This document shows, one piece after another, positions 1-10,195 of a stretch of DNA of 64,000 nucleotides. A model generated the notes under the pieces. The model was not told the origin of the DNA, searched no databases, and saw nothing but the letters and a program-made list of their open reading frames with translations. The stretch's first letter is position 1; each line of letters begins with the position of its first letter. Origin of the DNA: Nannocystales bacterium (GTDB lineage: Bacteria; Myxococcota_A; Polyangia; Nannocystales; Nannocystaceae). The position numbers and the translations under genes were made by a program. The stretch spans positions 160,001 through 224,000 of the forward strand of contig JBOEGF010000004.1 in assembly GCA_050633305.1 (NCBI GenBank), read 5' to 3'.

Positions 1-3
1 TCC

Positions 4-3000
4 GTGCGGTCGCGAAACCTGGCTCTGGGCGCTGTGGCACTCCTTCTACTGGGGGCGCTGGCGTGGTGGATCACGCGACCGGATGCTCCCGTCGAGTTGG
101 GACCGGGCGCGGTGGGCAAGCCGGCAGCGGTCGAGAGCAGTGACAGGGCAGCTCGGAAAATGGCGCTGCGGGCCGATGCGGACGACACGGACCCCGTATC
201 GGTGGTCGGGGTCGTCCGGGACCAGGATGCGGCCCCGGTCGCCGGAGCCGTCGTCCTCCTGACTCCGAAGAGTTTCGAGCAGAGCATGGGGCGAAGGGGC
301 GAGCGCCCCGAGCCGGTCCACGTTCGAGCCGACGCAGGCGGTGGGTTTTCGATCGACGACGTTCCCGTCGGTCGGTACACGATCTCCGCGAGCGCAAAAG
401 GATATCTCAGCGCCAGCCATCTGCGGGTGCGGGTCATCCCTGGCCGCGACCCAGCACCGGTCGAACTGAGACTCAGCGTCGGCGGCCATGTCTTGAGCGG
501 TCGGGTCGAAGATGTCTCCGGCGGTCCGGTGGAGGGGGCGCTGGTGTCCGTCATTCGGTACGACGGACAGAATCTGATGCGGCAGACCGTTGCCCCCACG
601 GCGGCGCTGAGTGACGACGACGGGGGCTTCGCGATGACGCTCCCGACCGGGACCTACACCGCGACCGTGACGCATTCGGACTACGTGCAGGTGCGGCGCG
701 CGTTCGAGATCGCGGACGGGCCTCGCACGCTCCAAGTTCGGATGACGCCCGGCGCAGTCATCGAGGGCGTCGTGAAGGTCCGCGGAACCGACGCGCCGGT
801 GACAGACGCGATCGTCATCGCGCAGGATCCCGGTGCGTCCGCCCAGGGGGGAATGTTCACGATTCGCGGGTTCGGAGAGCACAGGGTGGTGTCCGACAGC
901 TCCGGGCACTTCCGCCTCGCGGGCCTCCCCTCGGGCGTCCTCCAGATCAACGCGGTGGCGAGCGAGCAGGCATCGGCCGAAGTCACGGAGGTCTCGGTGG
1001 GGATCGCAGAGACGATCAGCGACGTGGTGGTCTGGGTTGAGCCGGCGTTTTCGATCAGCGGGTTTGTGGTGCCACGGGGAAGCGAGGAGGACGACGGTAT
1101 CGAAGGCGTTTGGGTGGGGGCGCTGTCGATGCAGCCCCCAGGGTTGTACGTCGCACGGACACCGAGTGAGGCGGATGGGTTCTTCGAGATCCCCGGCGTC
1201 GAGCCTGGCAACTACCTCGTCTCGGCGCTGGGTGAGGACCACTTGCCGAACCTCACCGGGACCTCTGCGCAGGTCTCGGACGAGGATGTCACCGGCGTCT
1301 TGGTCGAACTCGACGAGGGCGTCACGATCTCCGGCCGCGTCGACCCTCCTGGACTTGCGACCGTTTCCCTGAGCGTCTCATCCGAGGGGATGGGCATCAG
1401 CGGCATGCTCGCGAGTGTTGGCAATGCCTTGGTTCGCACGCGGACCGACGCCGAGGGAAACTTCGAGTTGCGCCCCGTTGCACCGGGGTCTCTGGAGGTC
1501 ATCGCCAAAGCGGATGACGGATCCTACGGATCCCTGAAACTGGAGGTCGGAGACGAGGGAGAGCATGACGTGGTCGTTGAGCTCGAGCCCCGCGTGTCCA
1601 TGAAAGGCACGGTCGTGACCGCGGACGGCACGGCGGTGCGGGACGTCAAGGTTCGTGCGACGCGGATCGATGTTGATGCCGAGTCCGCCTCGTTCTCGTT
1701 CTCGGTCAACGACAGTCCCCTGTTCGGCAGTGGGGCACCGACGGGCGAGGATGGCGGGTTCACGATTCGGGGCCTGGAGCCGGGGGAGTACGAGGTCTCG
1801 GTCAGCCCCGGCAAGGGTCCGTCGCTGAAGTTCGACGACGGCGGCGCTGCCGGGGAACCGCGCGCGTTCACGGTTCCCGAGGATGGTCTCAGCGGCGTCC
1901 GCCTGGTGGTAGAGGCTCGCACTGGAGAGATCGCGGGCGTGGTGTTGGATGAAGACGGGGCCCCGGTCGCGGATGCGTGGGTCTCGGCGTCCATGGAGGG
2001 CGCTGGCAAGGCCTGGATGGGCGAGATGATGCGGGCCCGCAGACCTCGCAGAGGGCGGGAGGTCGAGGCGAAGTCCCAGGACGAGGACCGGAAGGCGTCT
2101 TCGCGAAATGGGCCTCTGTCCGCCATGGCGTCGGAGCCTCCGGTGCTGACGGACGCTTCGGGCCGCTTCCGCATCCGTGAACTCCGCGAAGGGAACTACC
2201 GGATCACAGCAGAGGCGGCCGGAGGAGGGATGCGGGTCTCCGAGGACGGCGTCGCGCTGGGCGGTGATGTGACACTGGAACTCGAAGCCCTCGCGGGCGT
2301 ACGCGGGCAACTGCGCGATGGAACCAAGCCGGTCCCCGCGTACAGGCTCTCGCTGAAGGGTCCGACCTCCCGCTCCAAGCGGATTCAAAACGACAAGGGC
2401 GAGTTCTCGTTGCAGGGATTGGATCCGGGGACGTACACCGTCGAAGCGCAGGCCGAATCTGGAACCGCCTCGGTCGAGGTCGAGGTCGAGCAGGGTGCAG
2501 TCGCCGACGTCGCGCTCGAGCTGGAGGCCTTCGGGACCCTGACCGGAACGGTTGTGAGTGCCACCGGAGAGCCCTTGAGTGGGTTGTTCGTGATGGCGCA
2601 ACCGAAGGATGGAACCCCCAACGTGGGCTCGGGCCTGCAGATGTTGATGGGCGGGGGTCCGCGGACGGACGGGCGCGGCAAGTTCGAGCTGTCTGGAGTG
2701 CCGTCCGGGACCGGGCAGCTGATGGTCGTCGACCCCGATGGTGGCGAAGGGGGCGGCGCCACCGCGAGCTACGAGGTCGATGCAGGCGAGTCCACGGACC
2801 TGGGCACCATTACGTCCGTCGCGGCCGGAGAGGTCCCGGTGGCGGAGCGCGGCACCCTCGGGTTCCGTACGACGGTGCGCGACTGGACGCATCGGCCTTT
2901 GGCACCGGAAGCGGACCCGGAGGATGCTGATGCGCCGGATGACCCCGAACGAGAGCGGCTGTGGGTTCGCGCCGTCTCCGAAGAGGGGTCAGCCGAGGCG

Positions 3001-3210
3001 GCGGGATTGAAGCCAGGCGACGAGATCATCGCGGTTCGCGATCAGGACGTCGCCAGCATGGGGGCCTCGAGTGCCGCCTCAATGCTCGGGCCCAGCCACT
3101 TCCGGGTCGGGGACACGGTCGCCCTGAGGGTCCTCCGCGAAGGATCGGAGCACCGCGTGAACATCACCGCGGCGAAGCGCGACCTCAGAGGACTGATGCC
3201 CGGCCGTTGA
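4..3210 (+). CDS. Membrane-anchored protein with repeated carboxypeptidase-regulatory-like (beta-sandwich) domains and a C-terminal PDZ domain
   Basis: N-terminal TM (LALGAVALLLLGALAWW); repeated 'G.V.D..G.PV.GA.V ... D..G.F.I..L..G.Y.V.A' units; PDZ motif SAEAAGLKPGDEIIAV. Start is at the window edge. Confidence 0.8.
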   Translation: MRSRNLALGAVALLLLGALAWWITRPDAPVELGPGAVGKPAAVESSDRAARKMALRADADDTDPVSVVGVVRDQDAAPVAGAVVLLTPKSFEQSMGRRGERPEPVHVRADAGGGFSIDDVPVGRYTISASAKGYLSASHLRVRVIPGRDPAPVELRLSVGGHVLSGRVEDVSGGPVEGALVSVIRYDGQNLMRQTVAPTAALSDDDGGFAMTLPTGTYTATVTHSDYVQVRRAFEIADGPRTLQVRMTPGAVIEGVVKVRGTDAPVTDAIVIAQDPGASAQGGMFTIRGFGEHRVVSDSSGHFRLAGLPSGVLQINAVASEQASAEVTEVSVGIAETISDVVVWVEPAFSISGFVVPRGSEEDDGIEGVWVGALSMQPPGLYVARTPSEADGFFEIPGVEPGNYLVSALGEDHLPNLTGTSAQVSDEDVTGVLVELDEGVTISGRVDPPGLATVSLSVSSEGMGISGMLASVGNALVRTRTDAEGNFELRPVAPGSLEVIAKADDGSYGSLKLEVGDEGEHDVVVELEPRVSMKGTVVTADGTAVRDVKVRATRIDVDAESASFSFSVNDSPLFGSGAPTGEDGGFTIRGLEPGEYEVSVSPGKGPSLKFDDGGAAGEPRAFTVPEDGLSGVRLVVEARTGEIAGVVLDEDGAPVADAWVSASMEGAGKAWMGEMMRARRPRRGREVEAKSQDEDRKASSRNGPLSAMASEPPVLTDASGRFRIRELREGNYRITAEAAGGGMRVSEDGVALGGDVTLELEALAGVRGQLRDGTKPVPAYRLSLKGPTSRSKRIQNDKGEFSLQGLDPGTYTVEAQAESGTASVEVEVEQGAVADVALELEAFGTLTGTVVSATGEPLSGLFVMAQPKDGTPNVGSGLQMLMGGGPRTDGRGKFELSGVPSGTGQLMVVDPDGGEGGGATASYEVDAGESTDLGTITSVAAGEVPVAERGTLGFRTTVRDWTHRPLAPEADPEDADAPDDPERERLWVRAVSEEGSAEAAGLKPGDEIIAVRDQDVASMGASSAASMLGPSHFRVGDTVALRVLREGSEHRVNITAAKRDLRGLMPGR

Positions 3211-3219
3211 TTCCGAGGC

Positions 3220-4281
3220 TCAACGGAGGCCCGCTCGACGCAACAGCGCACCCGCAACTCGACGGGCGACGGTCTCGACCCGTTCGCGACGTCGGGGTTC
3301 GGCGTCGGCGTCGAGGGCGAGTCCGCCGAACGTCCACGTGATGGTGTTCCGCTCGTCGTCGGTGAGCTGGAGCGACGACGAGCGTACGAGCGAATGAGCT
3401 TGGCTCGGCCGACTGATGCCCACGACCAGCGCATCGACGCCGGGCTGGTGAAGAAGCCACGCCAAGACCACCTCGGCGACGCTGTGTCCCGTTCTCCTTG
3501 CGACCGGCGCGACGCAGGCCTCGAGGGCCCGATCGATGCGGGCGGCGTTGGCATGGATGAAGGCAGGGCGTCTTCGTCGGGGGTCGTGCGGGTGGAGGCG
3601 GTTGCGGAGCGCGGCGCCGCCTACGAGTGCGCCGCGGTGCAGCGGGGAGTAGATGAGTGTACCGATGCCGCGTCGCACGGCCGCGTCGACGGCGAGCCGC
3701 CCAGCGGGAACCAGCAGGCTGTACTCGACCTGGTGGCTCGCCAAGGGGGTGCTCCCAAGGGCTCGCTGAGCCTCATCCAACTGTTCGGGGGAGAAGTTGC
3801 TGACCCCGATCTCCCCGACCTTGCCTTCGGAACGAAGCCGCAGCAGCTCGCCCATCGTCTCCGCGATCGGGGTGTGGATGTCGGGGTGGTGCACCTGGCA
3901 CAGGTCCAACCGTGCGCGCCGTAGACGGACGAGGCTCTCCTCCACGTCGCGCCGGATCGAGGCGGGGCGGCTGTCCTTGCGAGCGACGATGTCTCGCCCG
4001 CCGATCCGGGTTCGCAGCATGACCTCGCCATGCTGGTCGTCGTCCCACCGGATGCCGACCTTGCCCATGACGGTCGCGTCCCGACCCGCGATCGCCTCCC
4101 CGAGGAAGCTCTCGGTGCGGCCGAAGTGATACAGCGGGGCTGTATCGATGGTGCTCAGCCCGGCGTCCAGGGCGGCGCGGACCGTCGCCATCTGTTGCGC
4201 GCCATTGCGATGGGTTCCGTAGGCCATCGTACCCAGGACGATCCTCGGCACGACCAGGGTCGCGAACCCTCGCGTCTGCAT
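3220..4281 (-). CDS. Aldo/keto reductase
   Basis: LGTMAYG, IDTAPLYHFGRTE, SLVRLRRARLDLCQVHHPD, GKVGEIGVSNF, QVEYSLL. ATG at 4281 overlaps the upstream TGA (TGATG). Confidence 0.9.
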   Translation of the reverse strand: MQTRGFATLVVPRIVLGTMAYGTHRNGAQQMATVRAALDAGLSTIDTAPLYHFGRTESFLGEAIAGRDATVMGKVGIRWDDDQHGEVMLRTRIGGRDIVARKDSRPASIRRDVEESLVRLRRARLDLCQVHHPDIHTPIAETMGELLRLRSEGKVGEIGVSNFSPEQLDEAQRALGSTPLASHQVEYSLLVPAGRLAVDAAVRRGIGTLIYSPLHRGALVGGAALRNRLHPHDPRRRRPAFIHANAARIDRALEACVAPVARRTGHSVAEVVLAWLLHQPGVDALVVGISRPSQAHSLVRSSSLQLTDDERNTITWTFGGLALDADAEPRRRERVETVARRVAGALLRRAGLR

Positions 4282-5225
4282 CAGGGCTGCGCCGCGGAGG
4301 TGTCCATGCACGGCGTGGTTCCGACGTAGTCGGCGTCGCATGGGTCGTCGATGTCTTGGACGTCGGTCGTGCCCTGATCGCCCGAGTCGGTGCGGTTCCA
4401 CGTCCCGTAGATCTCCTGCACCGCGGTGCCGCGGACCGGGTCGAAGTCACGGAGCTCGGTGCGGGTCTGCAGTGGGACCCCCTTGTCGGTGAGCGCGACG
4501 GCCGTCTCCCCCTCCACCTGACGTCGGCGCGGGCCACTGGCGGTGCTCACCTCGATCGCGGAGACGAATCGGACCTCCAGGTTTGCGGTGACGGGGCCGG
4601 ACTTGCCTTGACGGGACAGCCCGTCGAGGCGCGTCTCGTTGTGGTGCAGACCTGGCACGTTGGCCGAGTCGACCCACGTACGGTCTTTCTTGATGGGCCC
4701 CGTGGGGAGTTCGATGAAGGCCAAAGTCGCGGCTCGACCCAGGGTGTCGAGCAGCCCCTCGAGCTCGACCGGAGTGCGCTGCGCCCCCGCGGGCAGGGAG
4801 AGGATCTTCCCCCGGGCGGAGACGGTGAAGCGCATCTCGGTCTCTTTGAGGGTGGTCGCGGCCAACTTGGCGAACGCCTCCGTCGAGAGTCCCGTCTCGG
4901 GGGGGACGCTCCAGTCCAGGTCGACGCTGCGGAAGGTGGCCCGGATGATTCGAGAGCCGTCGGCCTCGGCCTTGACGACAAACAGCCGCGCGTCGCACTC
5001 CACACTCTGGGTCAGAGGGTCGGAGAGCCCCTCGACGCTGCGCGTCGTCCCGATCCGTAGGTGGCCGTCGAGACTGGTCCCAACGTCGAGAGCGTAGTGA
5101 AGCTTGGCCCCTGCCTTGGGAGCGCGGACGTTGCGTTCTCGGTCCGCGCCGCAGCCCGCGGTGACGCACAGCGCCAAGCACCCGAGCGCACCCGCAAGAG
5201 CCAGCCGTCGAAAGGGGGATCGCAT
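4281..5225 (-). CDS. Hypothetical lipoprotein
   Basis: Signal peptide and lipobox MRSPFRRLALAGALGCLALCVTAGC; coupled to the AKR gene. Start is inferred. Confidence 0.7.
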   Translation of the reverse strand: MRSPFRRLALAGALGCLALCVTAGCGADRERNVRAPKAGAKLHYALDVGTSLDGHLRIGTTRSVEGLSDPLTQSVECDARLFVVKAEADGSRIIRATFRSVDLDWSVPPETGLSTEAFAKLAATTLKETEMRFTVSARGKILSLPAGAQRTPVELEGLLDTLGRAATLAFIELPTGPIKKDRTWVDSANVPGLHHNETRLDGLSRQGKSGPVTANLEVRFVSAIEVSTASGPRRRQVEGETAVALTDKGVPLQTRTELRDFDPVRGTAVQEIYGTWNRTDSGDQGTTDVQDIDDPCDADYVGTTPCMDTSAAQP

Positions 5226-5293
5226 GTCCGCGGAGCGTACGCGCGCCATCATGGCTGCTGCAAGCGCCGCGTCGTGGATCGGGTGACGCGTCG

Positions 5294-6793
5294 CTACAGC
5301 GGGGCAGGCTTGGATTCGATGCGCGTGGCGGGGCCGCCCGAAGACGGGAGAAACTCGCCTGCTCCGATGTCTGGGCCTGCTGCGGCGGTCGCGTTCTCTC
5401 GGCGACGCTGTGCCGCATCGCTCTTCTTCCGCTCCGCGGTGCGATCCGGGGGCCCCCAGGGTCGCTGCTGCGTGAACTGCAGCCCCGGTTCCTTGTTGCT
5501 GTCGCGAACGTGCACGATCGGGCTCTTGTGCAGATCGTCGGGGAGGAATCCCGTCCAGCCTACGGGGAGCGTCGGACCGATCCACTCGAACACCCAGCGC
5601 GCATCCAAGGGCGCCAGGTTCACGCATCCGTGGCTCTTGCGGTTGCCGAAGCGGTCGTGCCAGTAGGCGCCGTGCAGCGCGATGTGGCCCTGGAACAGCA
5701 CGACCCAAGGGACACCTTGAACCAGGTAGGGGTTGTCCTCGTAGTCCTGGTTGGCCATGTCCATGGAGGCGACCTTGGCCCAGACCGGGTAGTTGCCCAG
5801 CGGCGTGGGGCTGCCCCGACCGCTGCTCACCAGGGTTGCAAACTGTGCTTCGCCGCCGCGATAGGTGACCAGCACCTGCTCACCGACGTCCACGTCGACC
5901 CACTGGTCATTGCCGGTCTCGCCGCGCCGAAAGTCGGTCACCACGCCATCCGGTGGCGCGATGATCGTCACTTCGTTGAGATCGGCCTGATCGACCCATT
6001 GCGCCTCTCCGATCCGCCGATACTCGCCTTGCGACTCGAGGATCGGGACCCGGTCGCGCAGCGCGAGTGTGGCGACCGCGGGGTTCTCTGATGCAGGCGC
6101 GTCCCACACCTTGGCCTTCTTCTTGCGGACCCAGCCGAACAGGGGTCCGGGCTCGGCGTTGTGGAGCCGGACGCCTTGCCACTGCGAGCCTTGGCCCATC
6201 CACCCCACGTCGGATTTGCTGACGATGAGTCCATTCTTGGTGGTGACGTAGCGGACGCCGTCGATCTCCGTCGCTCCGGTGACCACCAGGGACATCCCCT
6301 TGGTCAGCGACCGCTTCTCCACGCCCAGGCGCACATCATCTTCGGACCCGTACGCGGGCGTGCCATCGGTCCGCACCAGCGCGTAGGCGTGCGGGAGCCG
6401 CTTACCAGGACCCAACGGGAGGGCGGCGCCAACTTCGGGCGGGGTCTTGGCCTTGGTGAAATGATTGCTGCACACAAAGCCCAGCGGCCACACCGCGTAC
6501 CAGGTCTTGCCCTTGCAACCCGCCTTGTCTCGGCTCTCGACCTCGCCGCGCACGACCAGCCGCGTGCCCTTTCCGATCGTCGCCAGGCGCTTGTTCGGGA
6601 CCCACGGGCGCCCACGAATGACGGTATCCTGGTACCGAGCCGAGATGTACGCAACCTCAGACGGCTCGATCTGGATGGTCGCGACCTCTGCCGCGGTGGC
6701 CTCCGACAGCTGGGAGGGATCCAGCGTCGGGTCCAGGGCGCTCAAGGCAGTCGCGCACTTGAGCATCATCAGGGGGGCCAGCACGCTCACCAT
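5294..6793 (-). CDS. L,D-transpeptidase (YkuD domain) with N-terminal SH3-like region
   Basis: WVDVDVGEQVL, VSSGR..PTPLG, ALHGAYWH...SHGCVNL catalytic motif. Confidence 0.9.
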   Translation of the reverse strand: MVSVLAPLMMLKCATALSALDPTLDPSQLSEATAAEVATIQIEPSEVAYISARYQDTVIRGRPWVPNKRLATIGKGTRLVVRGEVESRDKAGCKGKTWYAVWPLGFVCSNHFTKAKTPPEVGAALPLGPGKRLPHAYALVRTDGTPAYGSEDDVRLGVEKRSLTKGMSLVVTGATEIDGVRYVTTKNGLIVSKSDVGWMGQGSQWQGVRLHNAEPGPLFGWVRKKKAKVWDAPASENPAVATLALRDRVPILESQGEYRRIGEAQWVDQADLNEVTIIAPPDGVVTDFRRGETGNDQWVDVDVGEQVLVTYRGGEAQFATLVSSGRGSPTPLGNYPVWAKVASMDMANQDYEDNPYLVQGVPWVVLFQGHIALHGAYWHDRFGNRKSHGCVNLAPLDARWVFEWIGPTLPVGWTGFLPDDLHKSPIVHVRDSNKEPGLQFTQQRPWGPPDRTAERKKSDAAQRRRENATAAAGPDIGAGEFLPSSGGPATRIESKPAPL

Positions 6794-6850
6794 CGTCACG
6801 CTACCATCGGGTCCTTGGTTCCGCCCAACCATACGCACGGACGCGGTGCG

Positions 6851-8476
6851 GTGTTCCGGCGTCGCCTCATTCGTCTCCTCGTGCTTCTGGCGGTTTGTGC
6901 GCCGTGGTTCAACATCGTGCGAGACAACGCGGACTCCGCGGGGATGCTGGCGCACCTGCATGGTGCATTCGTCGACGCTGACTTGCTCTACGACAACGAG
7001 ATGAACGCGCTGCGGCTGACGCCCACGTTTGCGTTCGTGACCGGCGAAGGCGTCGTGTCCAACCATTGGCCGGCAGGGGCGACGTGGCTTCAGGCGCCGG
7101 GATACGGGCTTGGGCTGGTGGCGGGGCGTGCCTTGGTGTCCACCGGTCTACGCTTCAACCCGTACGGTGCGGTTCCATTGCTCGCCGTGCGAACACTGGC
7201 CATGCTGGTCCTGGTCGGTCTGGCGCGGCTGCTGGCTCGGGTCTACACGGAGGCAGCGGGGACGGCTCGCGCCGGTGCGATCGCGCAACTGGCATGGGTC
7301 GCCGGGACGCCGTTGCTCTACTACGCGAGTGAAGCCCCTCTGCGCCCGCATGTTTGGGGATTCGGCGCGATGCTGGTCTTCATCCTGGCGTGGAGGAATC
7401 GAGGCTGGGGGACGCCGATGTCGCGCGTGGTTGTGCTGGGCGCGCTGCTGGGGCTCGCCACGGGGATCCGGCCTCAACTTGCTCCGCTGTGGCTGTTGGT
7501 CGCCGAGGATGCTTGGCATGGAGGTTCATCTCGAGACCGCTTGCGGCGGCTTGGCGCAGGCGCAGTGGCGGCAGCGGCCTGGCCGCTGCTGCACCTCCGA
7601 CTCCAGCTGTGGATGTATGGCGCGGACCTCGGGGGGTATGCGTCGCAGACGACGCACCACCTCCGTGCGTTTCTGTTTTCGCCCTACCACGGGGTCTTGA
7701 CCTGGTCGCCAGTGGTCCTGCTCGGCATCGTCGCGCTGGTGTGGGGGGTGGCTCGCCGAGAGCGTGCGGCCTGGTTGTTGCTCGGCTTGTTCGCTCACCA
7801 GGTCTGGCTGGACTGCGGCATGCGGGATATCGGCCCCTACGCCGTGTTGGGAACTCGGACGTGGTCGGGCGGCACGAGCTTTGGGGCGCGCAAGCTTCTC
7901 GACGCGTTGCCGCTGCTCCTGCCCGGCACCCTCGGGATCGTGGCGTGGGCCCGGGTGCGGGGCCGACTGCGGCTGCTCGCCGCCCTCACGCTTGCGCTGG
8001 TTGTCCCCGCGGTCGCGTTGCTCGCGGCGAGCTTCGTCGATCCCAACACGACCGGCGCGTTGCTGGACTGGCGCGGTTACGCCGTCGTTCTCGAACGACC
8101 GTTGTCGACATCCGCCTGGGGAGATGCCGCGCTGGCCCGCGCGCTGCCGCTCAAGGTTTGGGCCGTTCTCGTGGCTGTGGTGGCGTTGCCGCTGTGTCTC
8201 GCGGCCACTCGAACCGCGGACGGTATCGCGAAGGTGAGTGCCTCGGCTCGGGTCGGCCTGGCAGGGGTGCTGTTGATGGGCGGTGCCGTCCTGGCCCACT
8301 TGAGTCTGACGGTGTTGATGGTCCGCAGCGATATGGCGCTCGCCGACGACCCGCAGCGAATGGCGGTGGCGCGCGCCCGTCTGCACAGCGCTCACGAGGC
8401 CGCCGTGGCTCGGATCCCAGCCCGGCACGCGACACTCCGGGCCCTGCTTGGGGACCACGCAGCACCGCCGCCCTAG
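6851..8476 (+). CDS. Polytopic membrane protein, probable GT-C-fold glycosyltransferase
   Basis: Many TM segments; acidic loop after TM1 (DNAD..DADLLYDNE); GTPLLYY, IRPQ, LFSPYHG.L.WSP, W.GG.SFGAR motifs. Confidence 0.65.
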   Translation: MFRRRLIRLLVLLAVCAPWFNIVRDNADSAGMLAHLHGAFVDADLLYDNEMNALRLTPTFAFVTGEGVVSNHWPAGATWLQAPGYGLGLVAGRALVSTGLRFNPYGAVPLLAVRTLAMLVLVGLARLLARVYTEAAGTARAGAIAQLAWVAGTPLLYYASEAPLRPHVWGFGAMLVFILAWRNRGWGTPMSRVVVLGALLGLATGIRPQLAPLWLLVAEDAWHGGSSRDRLRRLGAGAVAAAAWPLLHLRLQLWMYGADLGGYASQTTHHLRAFLFSPYHGVLTWSPVVLLGIVALVWGVARRERAAWLLLGLFAHQVWLDCGMRDIGPYAVLGTRTWSGGTSFGARKLLDALPLLLPGTLGIVAWARVRGRLRLLAALTLALVVPAVALLAASFVDPNTTGALLDWRGYAVVLERPLSTSAWGDAALARALPLKVWAVLVAVVALPLCLAATRTADGIAKVSASARVGLAGVLLMGGAVLAHLSLTVLMVRSDMALADDPQRMAVARARLHSAHEAAVARIPARHATLRALLGDHAAPPP

Positions 8477-8535
8477 CGGCCAGCCAATCCGTCATAAACA
8501 ACGGACGGCTCGCTCGGGACACGTGTGGCTCGTGC

Positions 8536-10122
8536 TCAGGATCCCGCTGGGAGGACGCGCAGACGCGCCTTTTCTTCCCGCTCGTTGGCCCGGCGAGCCC
8601 GGCGAGCCTTGAGCGCCTCGTCGCCGAACACCAGCGGTCGGGGGAGGGGTTCGAGCCGCTCGAAGGCCTTGATCCACGCCCGGTACCCGCCGCCTCCGTA
8701 GACGGCTTGCACGGCTGCGTGCCCACTCTCCGCACCGCGCTGGGCGACGAGGTACTCGACATGGGCCCAACGTGGCGACTGGGGACGAATCTGGACCCGC
8801 TTCCCCAGCGCCTTGCGAATCTTCTTGAGGCGCGCCTCGGCTTCCTTGACCCCGATGAACGGTTGACCGTCCAAGGGGGTGTTTTGCTTGGCGACGAAGG
8901 TGGAGAACGTGAGCGTGAGCCGAACCTTGTCGGCGATCTCCTGGTTGAAGGCGATCAGCTCATCGACGTCATCCTCCGTCTCCGTCGGAACGCCGATCAT
9001 GTTGTAGACCTTCATTCCGCGGACGTTGGGGTCGGCGCGGACCAGGTCGGCGGCGCGAAGGATCGACTCGCCCTTGATGCGACGCTGCAGCTGGTCGCGT
9101 AGACGCTGGCTGATGCCATCGGAGGCGACCGTGATCTGTCGGTAGCCACCCCGAGCCAGGTTGGCGACCAGCTCCGGCGTGAGTCGATCTGCGCGAAGAC
9201 TGCTGACTCCGACGCCGCGCCCGGTCTGCACCACGCTATCGATCAGTTCTTCGAGCTTGGGGTGGTCGGTGACTGCGGCGCCGACGAGGCCGACGCGTTT
9301 GGCGGTCTCGGGGATGAGCCCCAGCGGCTCCTTCATGTCGAGCAATCGCATGCCCCCGGTGCTGGGTCCCCGCATGACGCAGAAGGTGCACTGGCGGGAG
9401 CAGCCGCGTTCGGGCTCGACCAGGAACATGTCGGCGAGCTCGGTGTTTGGCGTCGTGATCGCGGAGTAAGCGGGGAGGACTGACTTGTCGACCTTGGCCT
9501 GGGTGGGGAACGCCTCGAAATGCCCGGGCTCCAACTCCCCCCGGATCGCGTGCGGCATCGAGGCAACCGCCTCGATCGCGGTGCTCCTATGTTTGTTGCT
9601 GAGGATCCGGTCCACCGCCAGCGGGAGCTGCTCCTCGCCCTCGCCGAACATCAGGATGTCGACGAACGGGAGCAAGACGCTGGGGTTGGTCGTCGTCAGC
9701 GGACCGCCGGCGAGCAGAATCGGGTCACGGGGTCCCCTGTCCTTGGCGTACAGGGGAATCCCGGCACCCTCGAGAAGGCGGATGACCCCCGTGATCTCGA
9801 GCTCGTACGACATCGACATCGCCAACACCCGGTAGTCGGAGATCGGTCGCCGCTGCTCGTAGCTGAGCATCGGGTCCTTGGGCGCTGGCCACTTCAGGGA
9901 CGCGGGCTCCCAGTCGTCGGGGAGGAACGCTCGGTGTGCGCCAGGGCCCTCGGTGTTGAGGATCCGGTACAGGGTTTGGAAGCCGAGCGCCGACATGCCC
10001 ACCCGATACGGACTCGGGTAGATCATGCACACCGGGGCCGGGCGTTCGAGGCCCATGGTCCCGTGCTCGGCTGCCAGGCGCTCCTCGATGAGAAGGCGTG
10101 CGCGATCGCGAGGACTAGGCAT
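8536..10122 (-). CDS. Radical SAM protein with B12-binding-like N-terminal domain
   Basis: YPSPYRVGMSALG, SYELE, LAGGP, ERGCSRQCTFC (CxxxCxxC), VSSLRAD, MIGVPTET. Confidence 0.9.
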   Translation of the reverse strand: MPSPRDRARLLIEERLAAEHGTMGLERPAPVCMIYPSPYRVGMSALGFQTLYRILNTEGPGAHRAFLPDDWEPASLKWPAPKDPMLSYEQRRPISDYRVLAMSMSYELEITGVIRLLEGAGIPLYAKDRGPRDPILLAGGPLTTTNPSVLLPFVDILMFGEGEEQLPLAVDRILSNKHRSTAIEAVASMPHAIRGELEPGHFEAFPTQAKVDKSVLPAYSAITTPNTELADMFLVEPERGCSRQCTFCVMRGPSTGGMRLLDMKEPLGLIPETAKRVGLVGAAVTDHPKLEELIDSVVQTGRGVGVSSLRADRLTPELVANLARGGYRQITVASDGISQRLRDQLQRRIKGESILRAADLVRADPNVRGMKVYNMIGVPTETEDDVDELIAFNQEIADKVRLTLTFSTFVAKQNTPLDGQPFIGVKEAEARLKKIRKALGKRVQIRPQSPRWAHVEYLVAQRGAESGHAAVQAVYGGGGYRAWIKAFERLEPLPRPLVFGDEALKARRARRANEREEKARLRVLPAGS

Positions 10123-10195
10123 GCAGAATCATCCCCGGACCTGGCCTTGCGTGAGCGGAGACAGGGTTCGGGGACGAGGGGCGGCCACGCGCGGT

